Shown one piece after another: positions 18,553 through 28,476 of a DNA stretch of 64,000 nucleotides. The DNA comes from a virus. The stretch's first letter is position 1, and each line of letters begins with the position of its first letter. Location of the stretch: positions 12,069 through 76,068 of the IMG/VR virus record IMGVR_UViG_3300038425_000083; one strand, written 5' to 3'. The notes beneath the pieces are model-generated. The model worked only from the letters and a program-made list of their open reading frames with translations. It was not told the origin of the DNA and searched no databases. The position numbers and the translations under genes are program-made.

Positions 18553-20747
18553 TGCTTTTTAATGTTATTGATTTAGGAAAATCAAAGTCATCTCATGAAG
18601 GCATGATCTTGGTGCCAACAGTTATTAATCTTCGTGGAAAGCAGGTTACAGTTGGCTATTGGAGATATCCAGAGGGAGTTAAAGGGCCTAAAGGAACCCG
18701 CAAGCCAACTATAAAAGTTCCCCGGGAACCGGTTCCAGAACCTAAGACTTCTTACGAAAAGAAAATATATGATGAGGCAGTTAGGATTCAAGAGACCGTT
18801 GAGGCCGCAGAAGATAAGTTAGATCAAGCTAAGAGAGAATTAAAAAAGATCAAGTCCCCGGAAGCTGGAAGCGAACATGCCGTCTCTTTAGTTCGTCAAG
18901 TTCACGAACTTGAAAGTCTTCTTAGTGAGTCTAAAGCAATAAAGACAGAGCTGAAATTAAATAGAATTCATCTTGAAGAGGAGTTATCAAAAAAGTTTCC
19001 AAAGTTTTCAAGAGAAGTTGGTGCAGGGGAGCATGGAGTAATAACTCATAAACCAGGATACGACATATATGTTGATCCAGACTCTGAACAGTTGATTTTA
19101 GTTTATAGATATCCAAAAGTTATAAAACATGAAACTCATCAAGAAATTGCTGGGCTCACGAAAGTTCCTGATCTTGTTGCCAGGGATATAACTTCTAAGG
19201 AAGTTAGAGACAAAGATTTTAAAGTTTTAGCAAACACAGTATCCTCAATGCTTGATAAAAGAGGATGGGACTTTACTGTTGATTCGGCTGGAAGACAAAT
19301 AAGAATTACAGGATATGCAGGTGGTGGGGTAACAAAGCATATCATTGATCTGAATGAAGCAGAGGAGAAATGGAGATTAAAAAAGGGACTCCCGGGGTTA
19401 GTTGCAAAGAAAGTTACTATAATGATGAGCGGTCATCCCTACCAAGGAGTCAGATGGGTTAATCCAAATCCTAAAACTGAATGGCGAAGAATTTTTATAG
19501 ACAAATACAATCTTGGAGGATTCGGATCAGAGCTTGGATTTAGCCCAGACGTTACAAAGAAAATAGATAAGGCTTTTGATCATCTTAGCAAAGCTTTAGT
19601 TGTTGATGGCAAAGGAGAATTAAAGATAACTGTTGGGCCGGAGATAGAAGGCGTAGAGAATGCTGAATACTTTACCGGTAAACATATTATACAGGTTTAT
19701 GGAAAAGATAATACCGAAAGCTTGGCGCATGAGTATGGTCATTGGATGTTTGATGCCAATATTCCTGACTTTCCATCGGTTTTTCCGAAGTCTTGGGATA
19801 AGGCAGATGTTATATCCTGGAAGAGCAAAGTAGAGAAGGTTGCAAAGACTGAACCTATCTTTGACCTTGTTTCTAAAGTTGTTGATTTCTATAAAAAGAA
19901 TCTTTATGAGTTTAAAGAGTTTAGTGATCGATGGGCTGCAACTCAACCAGACCCAAAAGAATTTGGGGATTCCATTAGGATGTATCTCTTTACTCCTCAG
20001 GAAATATTTGCCAGGGCTGTCAATGCTTATGTGGAGCAGGATATTTCAAGATCGTTCTTTACAGAACTTGAAGACGATCCTGCCTACTGGTCGATTGTCA
20101 ATTCGTGGGGAGCCAAGTATCTTAAGACAGGAATTGTCAAAAGCTTAGTAGAGTCATTTACTCGTGTTTCCCGAGGAAAGTTTCAAAAGGTTAAAGAGTT
20201 TTTTAGGAGGGGAGAAGAGAGATTAGAGGATCGTAACATTAGAACTTTTATTAAGCAACGTGATAAGCTACCGGATAAATTTAAGCCTTACGTTACTCCT
20301 TATACATTCGATGAAATAAAGAAAGGAAAGTTTAAAGTTTTTCTTGTAGCTCACAATACTGCAGGCGTACTTGTAAAGCCGGATGGAGAAATTGCTAATC
20401 TTTTTAGTCTTAAAAAAGGAAACGGCAAGCTTGCTCATAAAATAGCGCATGAGAATGGTGGAACATGGGGATATTGTTTTGATGGAAAACTTGTGAAGTA
20501 TTATAAGGAGTTAGGATCACCAGAATTTCATCGAGAGCCTAATTGGGAAAAGGGCAAACCTGATATAGTCTTCACAGGATATAAAAAGGATGTTATGAAA
20601 GCCTTAGACAAATTAAGAAACGACAAAAATATTAAGGCAGCCAAGGAGCGTTATAAAGAACTCAAGGCAAGGCTTGAAGGTACTGAGATTGATTATGCCA
20701 AGCTTGAGGACGATATGTTGGAAATGATGGGAGAACCTACAGAATAA
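18552..20747 (+). CDS. tagged polyprotein: coiled coil, zincin (LPD1/MPTase-like), GNAT-like domain
   Basis: FNVIDLGK|S leader; AHEYGH..PQEIFARA..WGAKYLKTGIVK|S; hairpin tag FTRVSRGKFQKV; GNGKLAHKIAHENGG..CFDGKLVKYYKELG. Confidence 0.8.
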   Translation: MLFNVIDLGKSKSSHEGMILVPTVINLRGKQVTVGYWRYPEGVKGPKGTRKPTIKVPREPVPEPKTSYEKKIYDEAVRIQETVEAAEDKLDQAKRELKKIKSPEAGSEHAVSLVRQVHELESLLSESKAIKTELKLNRIHLEEELSKKFPKFSREVGAGEHGVITHKPGYDIYVDPDSEQLILVYRYPKVIKHETHQEIAGLTKVPDLVARDITSKEVRDKDFKVLANTVSSMLDKRGWDFTVDSAGRQIRITGYAGGGVTKHIIDLNEAEEKWRLKKGLPGLVAKKVTIMMSGHPYQGVRWVNPNPKTEWRRIFIDKYNLGGFGSELGFSPDVTKKIDKAFDHLSKALVVDGKGELKITVGPEIEGVENAEYFTGKHIIQVYGKDNTESLAHEYGHWMFDANIPDFPSVFPKSWDKADVISWKSKVEKVAKTEPIFDLVSKVVDFYKKNLYEFKEFSDRWAATQPDPKEFGDSIRMYLFTPQEIFARAVNAYVEQDISRSFFTELEDDPAYWSIVNSWGAKYLKTGIVKSLVESFTRVSRGKFQKVKEFFRRGEERLEDRNIRTFIKQRDKLPDKFKPYVTPYTFDEIKKGKFKVFLVAHNTAGVLVKPDGEIANLFSLKKGNGKLAHKIAHENGGTWGYCFDGKLVKYYKELGSPEFHREPNWEKGKPDIVFTGYKKDVMKALDKLRNDKNIKAAKERYKELKARLEGTEIDYAKLEDDMLEMMGEPTE

Positions 20748-20788
20748 AGGAGTAGCTATGGAGATAAAACATTGGAGGGAAATACAAA

Positions 20789-21832
20789 ATGGAGCTTAGA
20801 GTCTTTTCAGTAGACGAATTACTTAAAGCCAGAAGAGCAATGCAAATAACAACAGCATCTGAGGCAGCAAAGAAAGCTTGGGAAACACGGAAGTTCGGCG
20901 GATCGCATAAAACAGAACTTCCGGCAAAAGGCCAAGTTCTGAAACCAAGAGAAGAAGTAAAACATGAAATCCCAGAGGCTTCTAAAAAGGATTATTCTAA
21001 ATTTAGAAACAACCTTAGAGAGTATTTCACAACACAGAATGAATACAGAGATCTTCAAGGTCAGATTGAAGGCAAGAAGGCTGAGCTCGAAGATCAGATG
21101 AAAGTCATAAGGCCTTACTTGGCTAAGATGCAGAACTTGGAAACAAAGGAGAATAAGTTCCGAGCTAAGTTCGAAGACGATGGATTCAAATATGAATTTC
21201 TTCAATTTACTTTGACAAGAACTCCTTATAAAGAACTCTATACAGAGGCCTTTAGTAAATTGAACGACCAGGCTAAGGCAGAGATGACAGCTATTCAGAA
21301 AAAGCTTGGGCAGACTTATGCTCAAGAGAAATTTGAAAGAGAATCACTTACAAAGGCTGAAAGCATTGTTGATCATTTAAAGAAATTGTGTGCTATCAAA
21401 GAGAAGGGCTTAGAACTCTTGAAGAAGATTGCAACTCCGGGACTTAGGAAGGCTATTATGCTTAAATTAGCCCCGGAAGTCTTTGAAGAATATAAGAGAG
21501 GAAACAGATTAGTTGTTGTAAGTCCAATGGTCGGTGAAGCCGACTTAGAAAAAGATGAGGAGGATGACATGGAAATAATAACATTGGATGAAGCATTGAT
21601 GGAGAAGTCCAAAGAAAAGCAACCTTTTCAGATTGATGGTAAAATCAACAAAGAACTACTTGCTCAGATCGAAGAGGATAAGGGCAAGATAAAAGCACAT
21701 TATAGAGGGGATTTTGTAGTTAAAGAGCCTGGCGTTCCTGATCACAAAGGAAGACCATCGGCTATTATCGAAATGACTTCCGGAAAGTGGAAGGGCGGAA
21801 CTTTTGAAATTTTTCTAAACGGAATTGAATAA
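20789..21832 (+). CDS. tagged coiled-coil protein
   Basis: VFSVDELLK|A..SEAAKKAWETRKFGGSH; internal IITLDEALMEK|S. Confidence 0.75.
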   Translation: MELRVFSVDELLKARRAMQITTASEAAKKAWETRKFGGSHKTELPAKGQVLKPREEVKHEIPEASKKDYSKFRNNLREYFTTQNEYRDLQGQIEGKKAELEDQMKVIRPYLAKMQNLETKENKFRAKFEDDGFKYEFLQFTLTRTPYKELYTEAFSKLNDQAKAEMTAIQKKLGQTYAQEKFERESLTKAESIVDHLKKLCAIKEKGLELLKKIATPGLRKAIMLKLAPEVFEEYKRGNRLVVVSPMVGEADLEKDEEDDMEIITLDEALMEKSKEKQPFQIDGKINKELLAQIEEDKGKIKAHYRGDFVVKEPGVPDHKGRPSAIIEMTSGKWKGGTFEIFLNGIE

Positions 21833-21844
21833 CAGGAGGATAGA

Positions 21845-23023
21845 ATGGCAGACAAAGAAGAAAAGGACAAAAAGAAAAAGTTAACCTTTAGCAAGTTCAA
21901 GCCTAAAGAAGCGGACGAAGAAGAAAAGGACACATCCGAAGACGAAGAGGAATCTGGAAAAAAGAAAAAGAAAAAGGGATTCCCTTTTAAGAAGAAAGAC
22001 GAAGAGGGAAAGAAACCTAAGCCCGGTGAAGATGCGGACAAAGGCGACGAAGACCCCGAGAAGAAAGAAGCTCTCGATAAGATCGATGAGATAGAAGGCG
22101 ACGAGGACGAAGAGGGTGAGCCTAAAGAGGGTGACGAAGATGAGGGTGAGGAAGGTAAGGAGTCTCCTTTTGAAAAACCTGAAGAGGGCGAAGAAGGTGA
22201 TGAGAAACCTGAAGACTTCCAAGAAGCCCCTCCTGGCGGGCCTGCTGGGCCTCAGGCCAATGTCATTATAAGTAAAGTCCAGATCGGTGATACCATTGTC
22301 ATTGATGAAAAAGAAGCCGAAGTCATAGCTATTGGGAAAGATGGAGTCACAGCCAAAGGAGAAAATGATATAAGATATCAGGTTCTCCATGAGGATGTAG
22401 TAACCCCGGAAGAAGCCAATGCTAAAGGCGAACTTGATGGTAAGGAAAAAGAAGGCGAACTCAAGTCACCTGCAGAAACAAAAGAAGGTGAAGCCGATAA
22501 GGATAAAGATAAATCTCAGGAGAAAGAGGGAGACAAGAAGGGCGAAGAAGGTAAAGAACTTGGGACTCCTAAAGAGGGACAGACGACAGCGAACTTAGTT
22601 CTTAAAGATATGAAGCTTTCTTTAACCGCCTCATTCAAAGATAAGGTAGATAACTTCCCTAATGATGAGGATGGGAAACCCCATAATCATTTCGTTATAA
22701 CCGTTCAAACAGAGAAAGGGAAGGAAGATTTTGATTACTATGATTCAAATGCAAATTTTGAGGCCAAGAAACAAACTCTTGACGAACCTGATGTGAAAGA
22801 GGCCTTCAATTCAATTCTGCAAGATGCAAATGATGCGACTAAAACTTTTGAAGACTTTGTTGGAGCTCTGGGTCTTAAAACTCAAGACCGTGCCAAGGCG
22901 AAAAAGATTTATGAAGTTGCGGTTGAGAATCTCAATAAACTTCTTAAATTGGGAATTAAACGTGAGGACTTGGAATCGTTGGTTGAAGAGTTTGGGAAAC
23001 AGAATCCTTCAGAAAAGAAGTAG
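21845..23023 (+). CDS. highly acidic low-complexity protein with GKDGVT SH3-like module
   Basis: E/D/K-rich N-terminal half; IGDTIVIDEKEAEVIAIGKDGVTA matches the MuF polyprotein C-terminus. Confidence 0.7.
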   Translation: MADKEEKDKKKKLTFSKFKPKEADEEEKDTSEDEEESGKKKKKKGFPFKKKDEEGKKPKPGEDADKGDEDPEKKEALDKIDEIEGDEDEEGEPKEGDEDEGEEGKESPFEKPEEGEEGDEKPEDFQEAPPGGPAGPQANVIISKVQIGDTIVIDEKEAEVIAIGKDGVTAKGENDIRYQVLHEDVVTPEEANAKGELDGKEKEGELKSPAETKEGEADKDKDKSQEKEGDKKGEEGKELGTPKEGQTTANLVLKDMKLSLTASFKDKVDNFPNDEDGKPHNHFVITVQTEKGKEDFDYYDSNANFEAKKQTLDEPDVKEAFNSILQDANDATKTFEDFVGALGLKTQDRAKAKKIYEVAVENLNKLLKLGIKREDLESLVEEFGKQNPSEKK

Positions 23024-23043
23024 TTAATTCTGTTATATACTAT

Positions 23044-23241
23044 ATGAAGCTTGCAAAAGTTTTAAAAGACGTGGGAGTAGTATCATATTGGATCGTAATG
23101 TGTCCAAAATGCAAATTGGATAATGTTTTTAAAGATACTTGGATCATAGATGAAATTTTTGCCGAACGAGCAGGTGGATGTATTTGGGTATGCCCCTGGT
23201 GTGGTTTTGAAACAATGATAACAAAGGAGAATGTAAAGTGA
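23044..23241 (+). CDS. Zn-ribbon protein
   Basis: CPKC..CPWCG. Confidence 0.55.
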   Translation: MKLAKVLKDVGVVSYWIVMCPKCKLDNVFKDTWIIDEIFAERAGGCIWVCPWCGFETMITKENVK

Positions 23242-23450
23242 AAGAGATAGACGAGAACGAAGCACACTTCTTAAAACAATTACTCATCTATAATCATGAG
23301 ATGAGACTAAAAATTGGGGCAAGATTGGTTGTTATAATGAGCGATCATTGCAAAGGTTGTGTTAATCAACCTCCTTGTTGGAATGGACTTATTTTATTTA
23401 ATGATTTGACTATATCCAACAAGAGATGTGTTAATAGGAGAACGAAATGA
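23238..23450 (+). CDS. hypothetical Cys-containing protein
   Basis: GTGA overlap with upstream ORF; AGGAG RBS. Confidence 0.5.
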   Translation: MKEIDENEAHFLKQLLIYNHEMRLKIGARLVVIMSDHCKGCVNQPPCWNGLILFNDLTISNKRCVNRRTK

Positions 23451-23662
23451 GAAGAGGAAAAGTACCAGGCGAATATTATGTTATCTTAGAGAAATCTCGA
23501 AGGAGTGGAGGGTTTAGACTCGCAAGGCATGAACTTGGTGAAGAAGAATCTGCTGCTGGAAGAAAACGAAGACGCAAAGAAGGAAGTTGGACTCCTCACC
23601 TTGAAAGATTTAGGGAGCGGGCAAGAGAAAGAAGAGAGGAGCAAGAAGCCCCTGAGGCCTAA
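23447..23662 (+). CDS. tagged Arg-rich small protein (YYVILEK|S)
   Basis: AGGAG RBS; leader identical to ORF 14851. Confidence 0.7.
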   Translation: MRRGKVPGEYYVILEKSRRSGGFRLARHELGEEESAAGRKRRRKEGSWTPHLERFRERARERREEQEAPEA

Positions 23663-23744
23663 GGGTGTGCAAGTTGTTTTCACCCTTAAATGGGTGTGTT
23701 CAGAAAATCAACGTGTTCATAAATAATGAACAAGGAGTTAACCA

Positions 23745-23954
23745 ATGGAAAAGTTAAAGTATGAAGACGGAGCTTACATTGATGTTGTGATTGATCGGAT
23801 CAATGAACTTATTGATACGGTCAATGGTTTAGAAGATAGGATAGATAACCATTGGTCATTCCATCGCCACAAGTTTATGGAAGAGAAGAAAGCGAAATCA
23901 GAGAAAGAAAAAAATGGAAGAGAATCTAAAGAAGAAAACAGCAAATCTTCTTAG
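23745..23954 (+). CDS. hypothetical coiled-coil protein
   Basis: AAGGAG RBS. Confidence 0.55.
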   Translation: MEKLKYEDGAYIDVVIDRINELIDTVNGLEDRIDNHWSFHRHKFMEEKKAKSEKEKNGRESKEENSKSS

Positions 23955-24435
23955 TGGATATTTGGAAGAACGGCGAAAAGATGGTCGTCTGGCAAAGCAT
24001 ATAGAACGTCTTGCAGCTATGTCCCGGGGTAAATCTAAGCCTCAGCATAGTAAATTAATGAAGCAAGTTATGAAGGGTAAAAATATTGAATCCACTAAAA
24101 GACTTTGGCAAGATGAAAACTATGCTAAAAATTGGGCACAAAAGTGTGGGCTAAAACCTAATAAACTTGAAAAAAGTTTCATGATCTTTTTGGGAGAAGA
24201 GGCTCCGAACGAATGGAGATATGTGGGCGATGGTTCAGTATGGATTGCAGGTAAAAATCCTGATTTCATTCATAAGGTAGAACGCAGAGTTATAGAATTG
24301 TTTGGTTCTTATTGGCACAAGAAAGAAGAAGAGAAAGAAAGAGTTTCTCATTTCGAGAAATACGGTTTTGAATGTATTATTGTTTGGGATAAACAATTTA
24401 AAGATTGGAAACAAAGTCTTGGCTATGTATTTTAG
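23914..24435 (+). CDS. Vsr/DUF559-like PD-(D/E)xK nuclease, probable homing endonuclease
   Basis: PNKLE..RYVGDG..NPDF..IELFGSYWH..IIVW; basic N-terminal repeats. Confidence 0.75.
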   Translation: MEENLKKKTANLLSGYLEERRKDGRLAKHIERLAAMSRGKSKPQHSKLMKQVMKGKNIESTKRLWQDENYAKNWAQKCGLKPNKLEKSFMIFLGEEAPNEWRYVGDGSVWIAGKNPDFIHKVERRVIELFGSYWHKKEEEKERVSHFEKYGFECIIVWDKQFKDWKQSLGYVF

Positions 24436-24451
24436 CCGAAGGAGGAGACAA

Positions 24452-25120
24452 ATGGCGATAAAGGGAATAGTAAGAACTCTGGACGAGATCAAAAAGAGTG
24501 ACAAGAAACCTAAGTTAACAAAAGATGAAGCCTTACAATGGCTAAGAGTCAGAATATCACGTAGGGTCAAAGATGAACTTCGCTATCCGGACAAAGATTC
24601 CCCGCCTACAATAGATAATGTAGCCCAAAAGGTCTACGAGAACATTGTTGACGATTGGACTTACAACTCGGAGATTTTGGCAGCTTGTCGTGCAGTTGGA
24701 TTTAACCAAGCATATGTTTCGTCTATCGTAACTGGATTCTTTGATGGCGAAGGAAAACCACTTCCTATAAAGGGTAGTAGCGGGCCTGAAGTTGCGAAGA
24801 CGGCTGGCGAACCAGCTGTAGAACTTGGAAGGTCGCTTTCAAATCTTACGACTATAGATGATGAGTTTGATGAATTGGCTAAGACATCCGAAGGAGCCAA
24901 GAAGGCATGGTTAACAAGAAGAGGTGGTTCTTCTCATAAAAAAGCTGGCAAGTCTGCTAAATGGAGCAAACTTGATAGTATCTTTAAGAAGCATCATGGA
25001 GGTAGAGGTGCTCTTGTTAAAAAAGTTAAAGCAGCTGGTATGACAGAGAAAGACCTTGATAGGTATCTCAATCTTACAGATACTAAAGCTGCAAGGGCTG
25101 AGTTTGCGAGAGGGAAATAA
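24452..25120 (+). CDS. two-unit tagged protein
   Basis: GGAGG RBS; IVRTLDEIKK|S and LTTIDDEFDELAK|TSEGAKKAWLTRR (24881). Confidence 0.75.
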   Translation: MAIKGIVRTLDEIKKSDKKPKLTKDEALQWLRVRISRRVKDELRYPDKDSPPTIDNVAQKVYENIVDDWTYNSEILAACRAVGFNQAYVSSIVTGFFDGEGKPLPIKGSSGPEVAKTAGEPAVELGRSLSNLTTIDDEFDELAKTSEGAKKAWLTRRGGSSHKKAGKSAKWSKLDSIFKKHHGGRGALVKKVKAAGMTEKDLDRYLNLTDTKAARAEFARGK

Positions 25121-25339
25121 ATGTTCTCTAATCAACTGCAGGTGGAATTACTGAATGCGTTTGTTGTTCCTGAGAAAGACATCGAGATATGTCTTTTCAC
25201 AAGTATATTTGGCAACTTCTCTGTTGTTGTTCGTGAAGGCAAAGAAGTAAAAAGCAATATCTGTGTTTCACAATCGCAAGCACAGAAGTTATTTGAGGAC
25301 TGTGTTAAACGAACCGTTAATAGATTTCAACTTAACTAA
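25121..25339 (+). CDS. hypothetical protein
   Basis: abutting ORF, GAGGG RBS. Confidence 0.5.
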   Translation: MFSNQLQVELLNAFVVPEKDIEICLFTSIFGNFSVVVREGKEVKSNICVSQSQAQKLFEDCVKRTVNRFQLN

Positions 25340-25341
25340 AG

Positions 25342-25578
25342 GTGAATATGGTTAGAGGATTCGTTGTTAAAGTTAAGATGATCCCTGACAATGTGACGAG
25401 GGGAGAAAGATCAGCCGTCAAATTTATGAAACCAGATTTTCCTTATTCTATCTTAGATGTTCACAAGTTCAGGGATAAGGATGGACTCTTTTGGACTTGG
25501 TTTCTTGTTGGAGATCAAGAGACCGGAGAACTTATCTGGGTAGATGCCAACAAAGTTAGCTTTGTAGGAGTTGTCTAA
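25342..25578 (+). CDS. hypothetical SH3-like beta protein
   Basis: WFLVGDQETGELIWVD beta pattern. Confidence 0.5.
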   Translation: MNMVRGFVVKVKMIPDNVTRGERSAVKFMKPDFPYSILDVHKFRDKDGLFWTWFLVGDQETGELIWVDANKVSFVGVV

Positions 25579-25580
25579 CT

Positions 25581-25847
25581 ATGACTGTGATTTATGATTA
25601 TTTTGGGGATGGAGAACACTGCCAGGTTTGTAGCAAGATTTATTTTCCGCATCATAGCCATCAGAATTCATGTTCTGATTGTGAAGAGTTGAATTTTGTG
25701 ATTCCTGGCGTTACGTTCTATTGTAAGTGTGGCTGGGAAGTTGATAAAGACAAGTTTGAACTTGTTTATACACCGAAAGGTCTAAGAAGGGATCATAGAT
25801 GCCCTGAATGTGGCAGGAAGATTTCTCAGGTTTCTTCCCGGGGTTGA
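25581..25847 (+). CDS. multi-Zn-ribbon protein
   Basis: CQVC, CSDC, CKCG and CPECG. Confidence 0.55.
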   Translation: MTVIYDYFGDGEHCQVCSKIYFPHHSHQNSCSDCEELNFVIPGVTFYCKCGWEVDKDKFELVYTPKGLRRDHRCPECGRKISQVSSRG

Positions 25848-25944
25848 TATAATGATGCATGTATAAGACGTAAAACCATGTCTATACGACATCTTTTGAA
25901 AAGTTCCATAATCCGATACGGATTGAGGGTTTAGGAGAAAAACG

Positions 25945-27615
25945 ATGGGCTTATTGGACAGATTTTTTAAGACAAGACTTGCAGCCGAAGTTGCAAAAGT
26001 AGAAGAACGTATGATTGGAGTATCAGAGTCAAGAGCACTTGAGAAGGCCAAAGAGATTCATCAAGTTTGGCTTGATGACTTAAGCAAGTCGAATGATGCT
26101 CAGCCAAAAACTCTTTTGCATGATCCTTTCCAGTTGCTCGAGTCGATGGGATACAAAGAACGTCCTATGATGATAACTTATGATACACTTAGGACTATGT
26201 CTGAAAGAAACCCGATCATAGCTGCAGTCATCAATACAAGAGTTAACCAGATTGCTGCTTTCTCGTCTCCTCCGAAGACTAAGTACGATATTGGTTACTC
26301 GGTAGAGATGAGAGATGACGAAGCAGAGCCCACGATTGAAGACGAGCGAAGGATGAAAGAGATCGAGAGCATGCTTGAGAATACCGGTGTTACTTCTTTG
26401 GCTCCTGAGGAACGAGATGACTTTGATTCTTTCTTAAGAAAGTTAGGAAGGGATTCATTGACCTTTGACCAAAGCTGTTTTGAAATAGTAGATGGTCGTG
26501 GAGGAAAGCCTGTTGCTTTCTATGCGGTTGATGCATCAACTATACGTCTTGCGACAACTCCTAAATACATGAAGGATGTTAGGGACTTTACTCTTCAAGA
26601 CATTGGCCCGGAACCTCAAAGATCAAAGGACACAAGATATGTTCAAGTTATAAGTGGAAAGGTTGTAAACACTTATACGGAAGATGAGATGTCTTTTGGT
26701 ATTCGGAACCCAAGAACAAACATCAAGCAAAATGGGTATGGGACTGCCGAGCTGGAGATTCTGGTCAATACGGTAACGGCTCATCTATGGGCAGAAGAGT
26801 ACAACCGAAGATTCTTTAGTCAAGGTAGTGCTCCTAAAGGGATTATACATTTTGAAGGTAACGTTCCAGAGAATCAATTACTTGCTTTTAGAAGACAATG
26901 GCATGCTCAAGTTATGGGAGTCTTTAATGCTTGGAGAACCCCTGTTATTGCGGCCCCGGCTAAACTTCAGTATACAAATCTTCAGATGTCTAACAGACAG
27001 ATGGAATATAGTAACTGGATTGATTATTTGATCAAACTGATTTGTGCAGTTTATCTTATTGATCCATCTGAGATTAATTTTGAACTAAGAGGCGGAGCCC
27101 AGTCTCAGGAAGGCCCACTGTTTGAAAGTCATTCAGAAACAAAATTGAAGATGAGCCGAGATCGTGGCTTAAGACCTTTCTTAAAGTTTATTCAATCTTG
27201 TATTAACAAGGACTTGATTTTTAGAATAGACCCAAGATATGAAATGAGGTTTACAGGATTGGATGCCAAGACCGAAGAGCAAATGTTAGAGTTAAGAATA
27301 AAGGAGATCACGAACTACAAGACCATAGATGAAGTTAGAGCTCTTGATGACCTGGAAGCTCTTGGCCCGGAGAGAGGTGGCGACTTGATCATGAATCCTT
27401 CGTATATCACATTCATGACACAGAAAGCTATGGCTCAGCAAATGGGCGGTGGTGGCGGAGCGATGCCTGGTAAAGAAGGAATGGACTTTGGAGAAGAGGG
27501 TCACGGATACGAAGGTATTGATTTTGGTGCCGAAGAAGGAATTGATTTTGGAAATCCAAATGTGGAACATCCAAATAAACTTGACTTCGGAAGGGAAGAG
27601 AAGGGACAAATCTAA
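25945..27615 (+). CDS. phage portal protein
   Basis: IIAAVINTRVNQ, RDSLTFDQ, FYAVDASTIR, RNPRT..GYG..ELE, NRRFFSQG..PKGII, YLIDPSEINF, DRGLRPFLKFI..IN, TIDEVR: motifs typical of SPO1/A511-type portals. Confidence 0.92.
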   Translation: MGLLDRFFKTRLAAEVAKVEERMIGVSESRALEKAKEIHQVWLDDLSKSNDAQPKTLLHDPFQLLESMGYKERPMMITYDTLRTMSERNPIIAAVINTRVNQIAAFSSPPKTKYDIGYSVEMRDDEAEPTIEDERRMKEIESMLENTGVTSLAPEERDDFDSFLRKLGRDSLTFDQSCFEIVDGRGGKPVAFYAVDASTIRLATTPKYMKDVRDFTLQDIGPEPQRSKDTRYVQVISGKVVNTYTEDEMSFGIRNPRTNIKQNGYGTAELEILVNTVTAHLWAEEYNRRFFSQGSAPKGIIHFEGNVPENQLLAFRRQWHAQVMGVFNAWRTPVIAAPAKLQYTNLQMSNRQMEYSNWIDYLIKLICAVYLIDPSEINFELRGGAQSQEGPLFESHSETKLKMSRDRGLRPFLKFIQSCINKDLIFRIDPRYEMRFTGLDAKTEEQMLELRIKEITNYKTIDEVRALDDLEALGPERGGDLIMNPSYITFMTQKAMAQQMGGGGGAMPGKEGMDFGEEGHGYEGIDFGAEEGIDFGNPNVEHPNKLDFGREEKGQI

Positions 27616-27905
27616 TGACTGAAGAATTCTACCGCATCCAGCCGATTGAGCAAGAGGAACGTGGAAATCTCAAAATGCTTGGACTTGGGGAAGCAGTTCT
27701 ACTAACAGATATAAATGCAGATGTCTTAGTAGTTCATATCCGAACTACTTTGGATCACAGCCAGTTGGATAATTTGAATGCCCAGTTGAAGATGATCTTC
27801 GGACAGAATACTTTAGTCTTTGCCTTTGAGGAAAAGATCGATTTTCTTAAAGCTACAAAGATGACCGAAGCAGAAGTTCTGAAGGAGATTGGGAAACCAA
27901 GTTAA
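27615..27905 (+). CDS. hypothetical protein
   Basis: TAATG coupling to portal. Confidence 0.6.
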   Translation: MTEEFYRIQPIEQEERGNLKMLGLGEAVLLTDINADVLVVHIRTTLDHSQLDNLNAQLKMIFGQNTLVFAFEEKIDFLKATKMTEAEVLKEIGKPS

Positions 27906-27931
27906 ATGGAAGTAACTTCCAGGGGAAAATT

Positions 27932-28336
27932 TACCATAATGTTTTCAATAATTTAAGTTCTCGAGGAGCTGAAGAAATGAACGACGTTAAAGAATTAATA
28001 GAACAGAATGACAAAGTTCTTACCGAACATGAAGAGAAACTAATTAAAGCGATAAATGTTGCGTACCAGAAAGCTCTGAAGGCGTGTACGAAAGAGTTTA
28101 AGGAACTCGAAGGTCTTGACCCAGGAGTGAAACTTGGTTCGCAGCAGGTTAAAGAAATCCTGGCTAAAGCCATGACAAACTTCCAAGATGAATATCAAGT
28201 GCTTATCAAACCGATCCGTGAAGCCATGCTGAAATGCTATGATGAGGGATTAAAAGAGGCAGGGCAATTCTTAGAATCTTTAGAAAATAAAATGTAAGAT
28301 TTTACCCAGGGGTCTGGAAAATACCATAATGTTTTC
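27932..28336 (+). repeat. 15-bp direct repeat TACCATAATGTTTTC (27932-27946 and 28322-28336), each preceded by CCAGGGG
   Basis: seen directly; flanks ORF 27977. Confidence 0.75.
27977..28297 (+). CDS. helical protein, possibly the detached N-terminal part of MuF
   Basis: GAGGAG RBS; amphipathic helices; sits downstream of portal where MuF normally lies. Confidence 0.6.
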   Translation: MNDVKELIEQNDKVLTEHEEKLIKAINVAYQKALKACTKEFKELEGLDPGVKLGSQQVKEILAKAMTNFQDEYQVLIKPIREAMLKCYDEGLKEAGQFLESLENKM

Positions 28337-28476
28337 GGTTGATTATAAAATGTTGTTCACCTAAATGTTCAAAATGAAGCCAAAAAAGCAGAAAAGTTCC
28401 GGAATTCCGGAAGTGATTCTTCATTTTGAAGCCAAAAGCAGAATAAATTCTCAAATTGAGGATGGAAATCTCAAAA

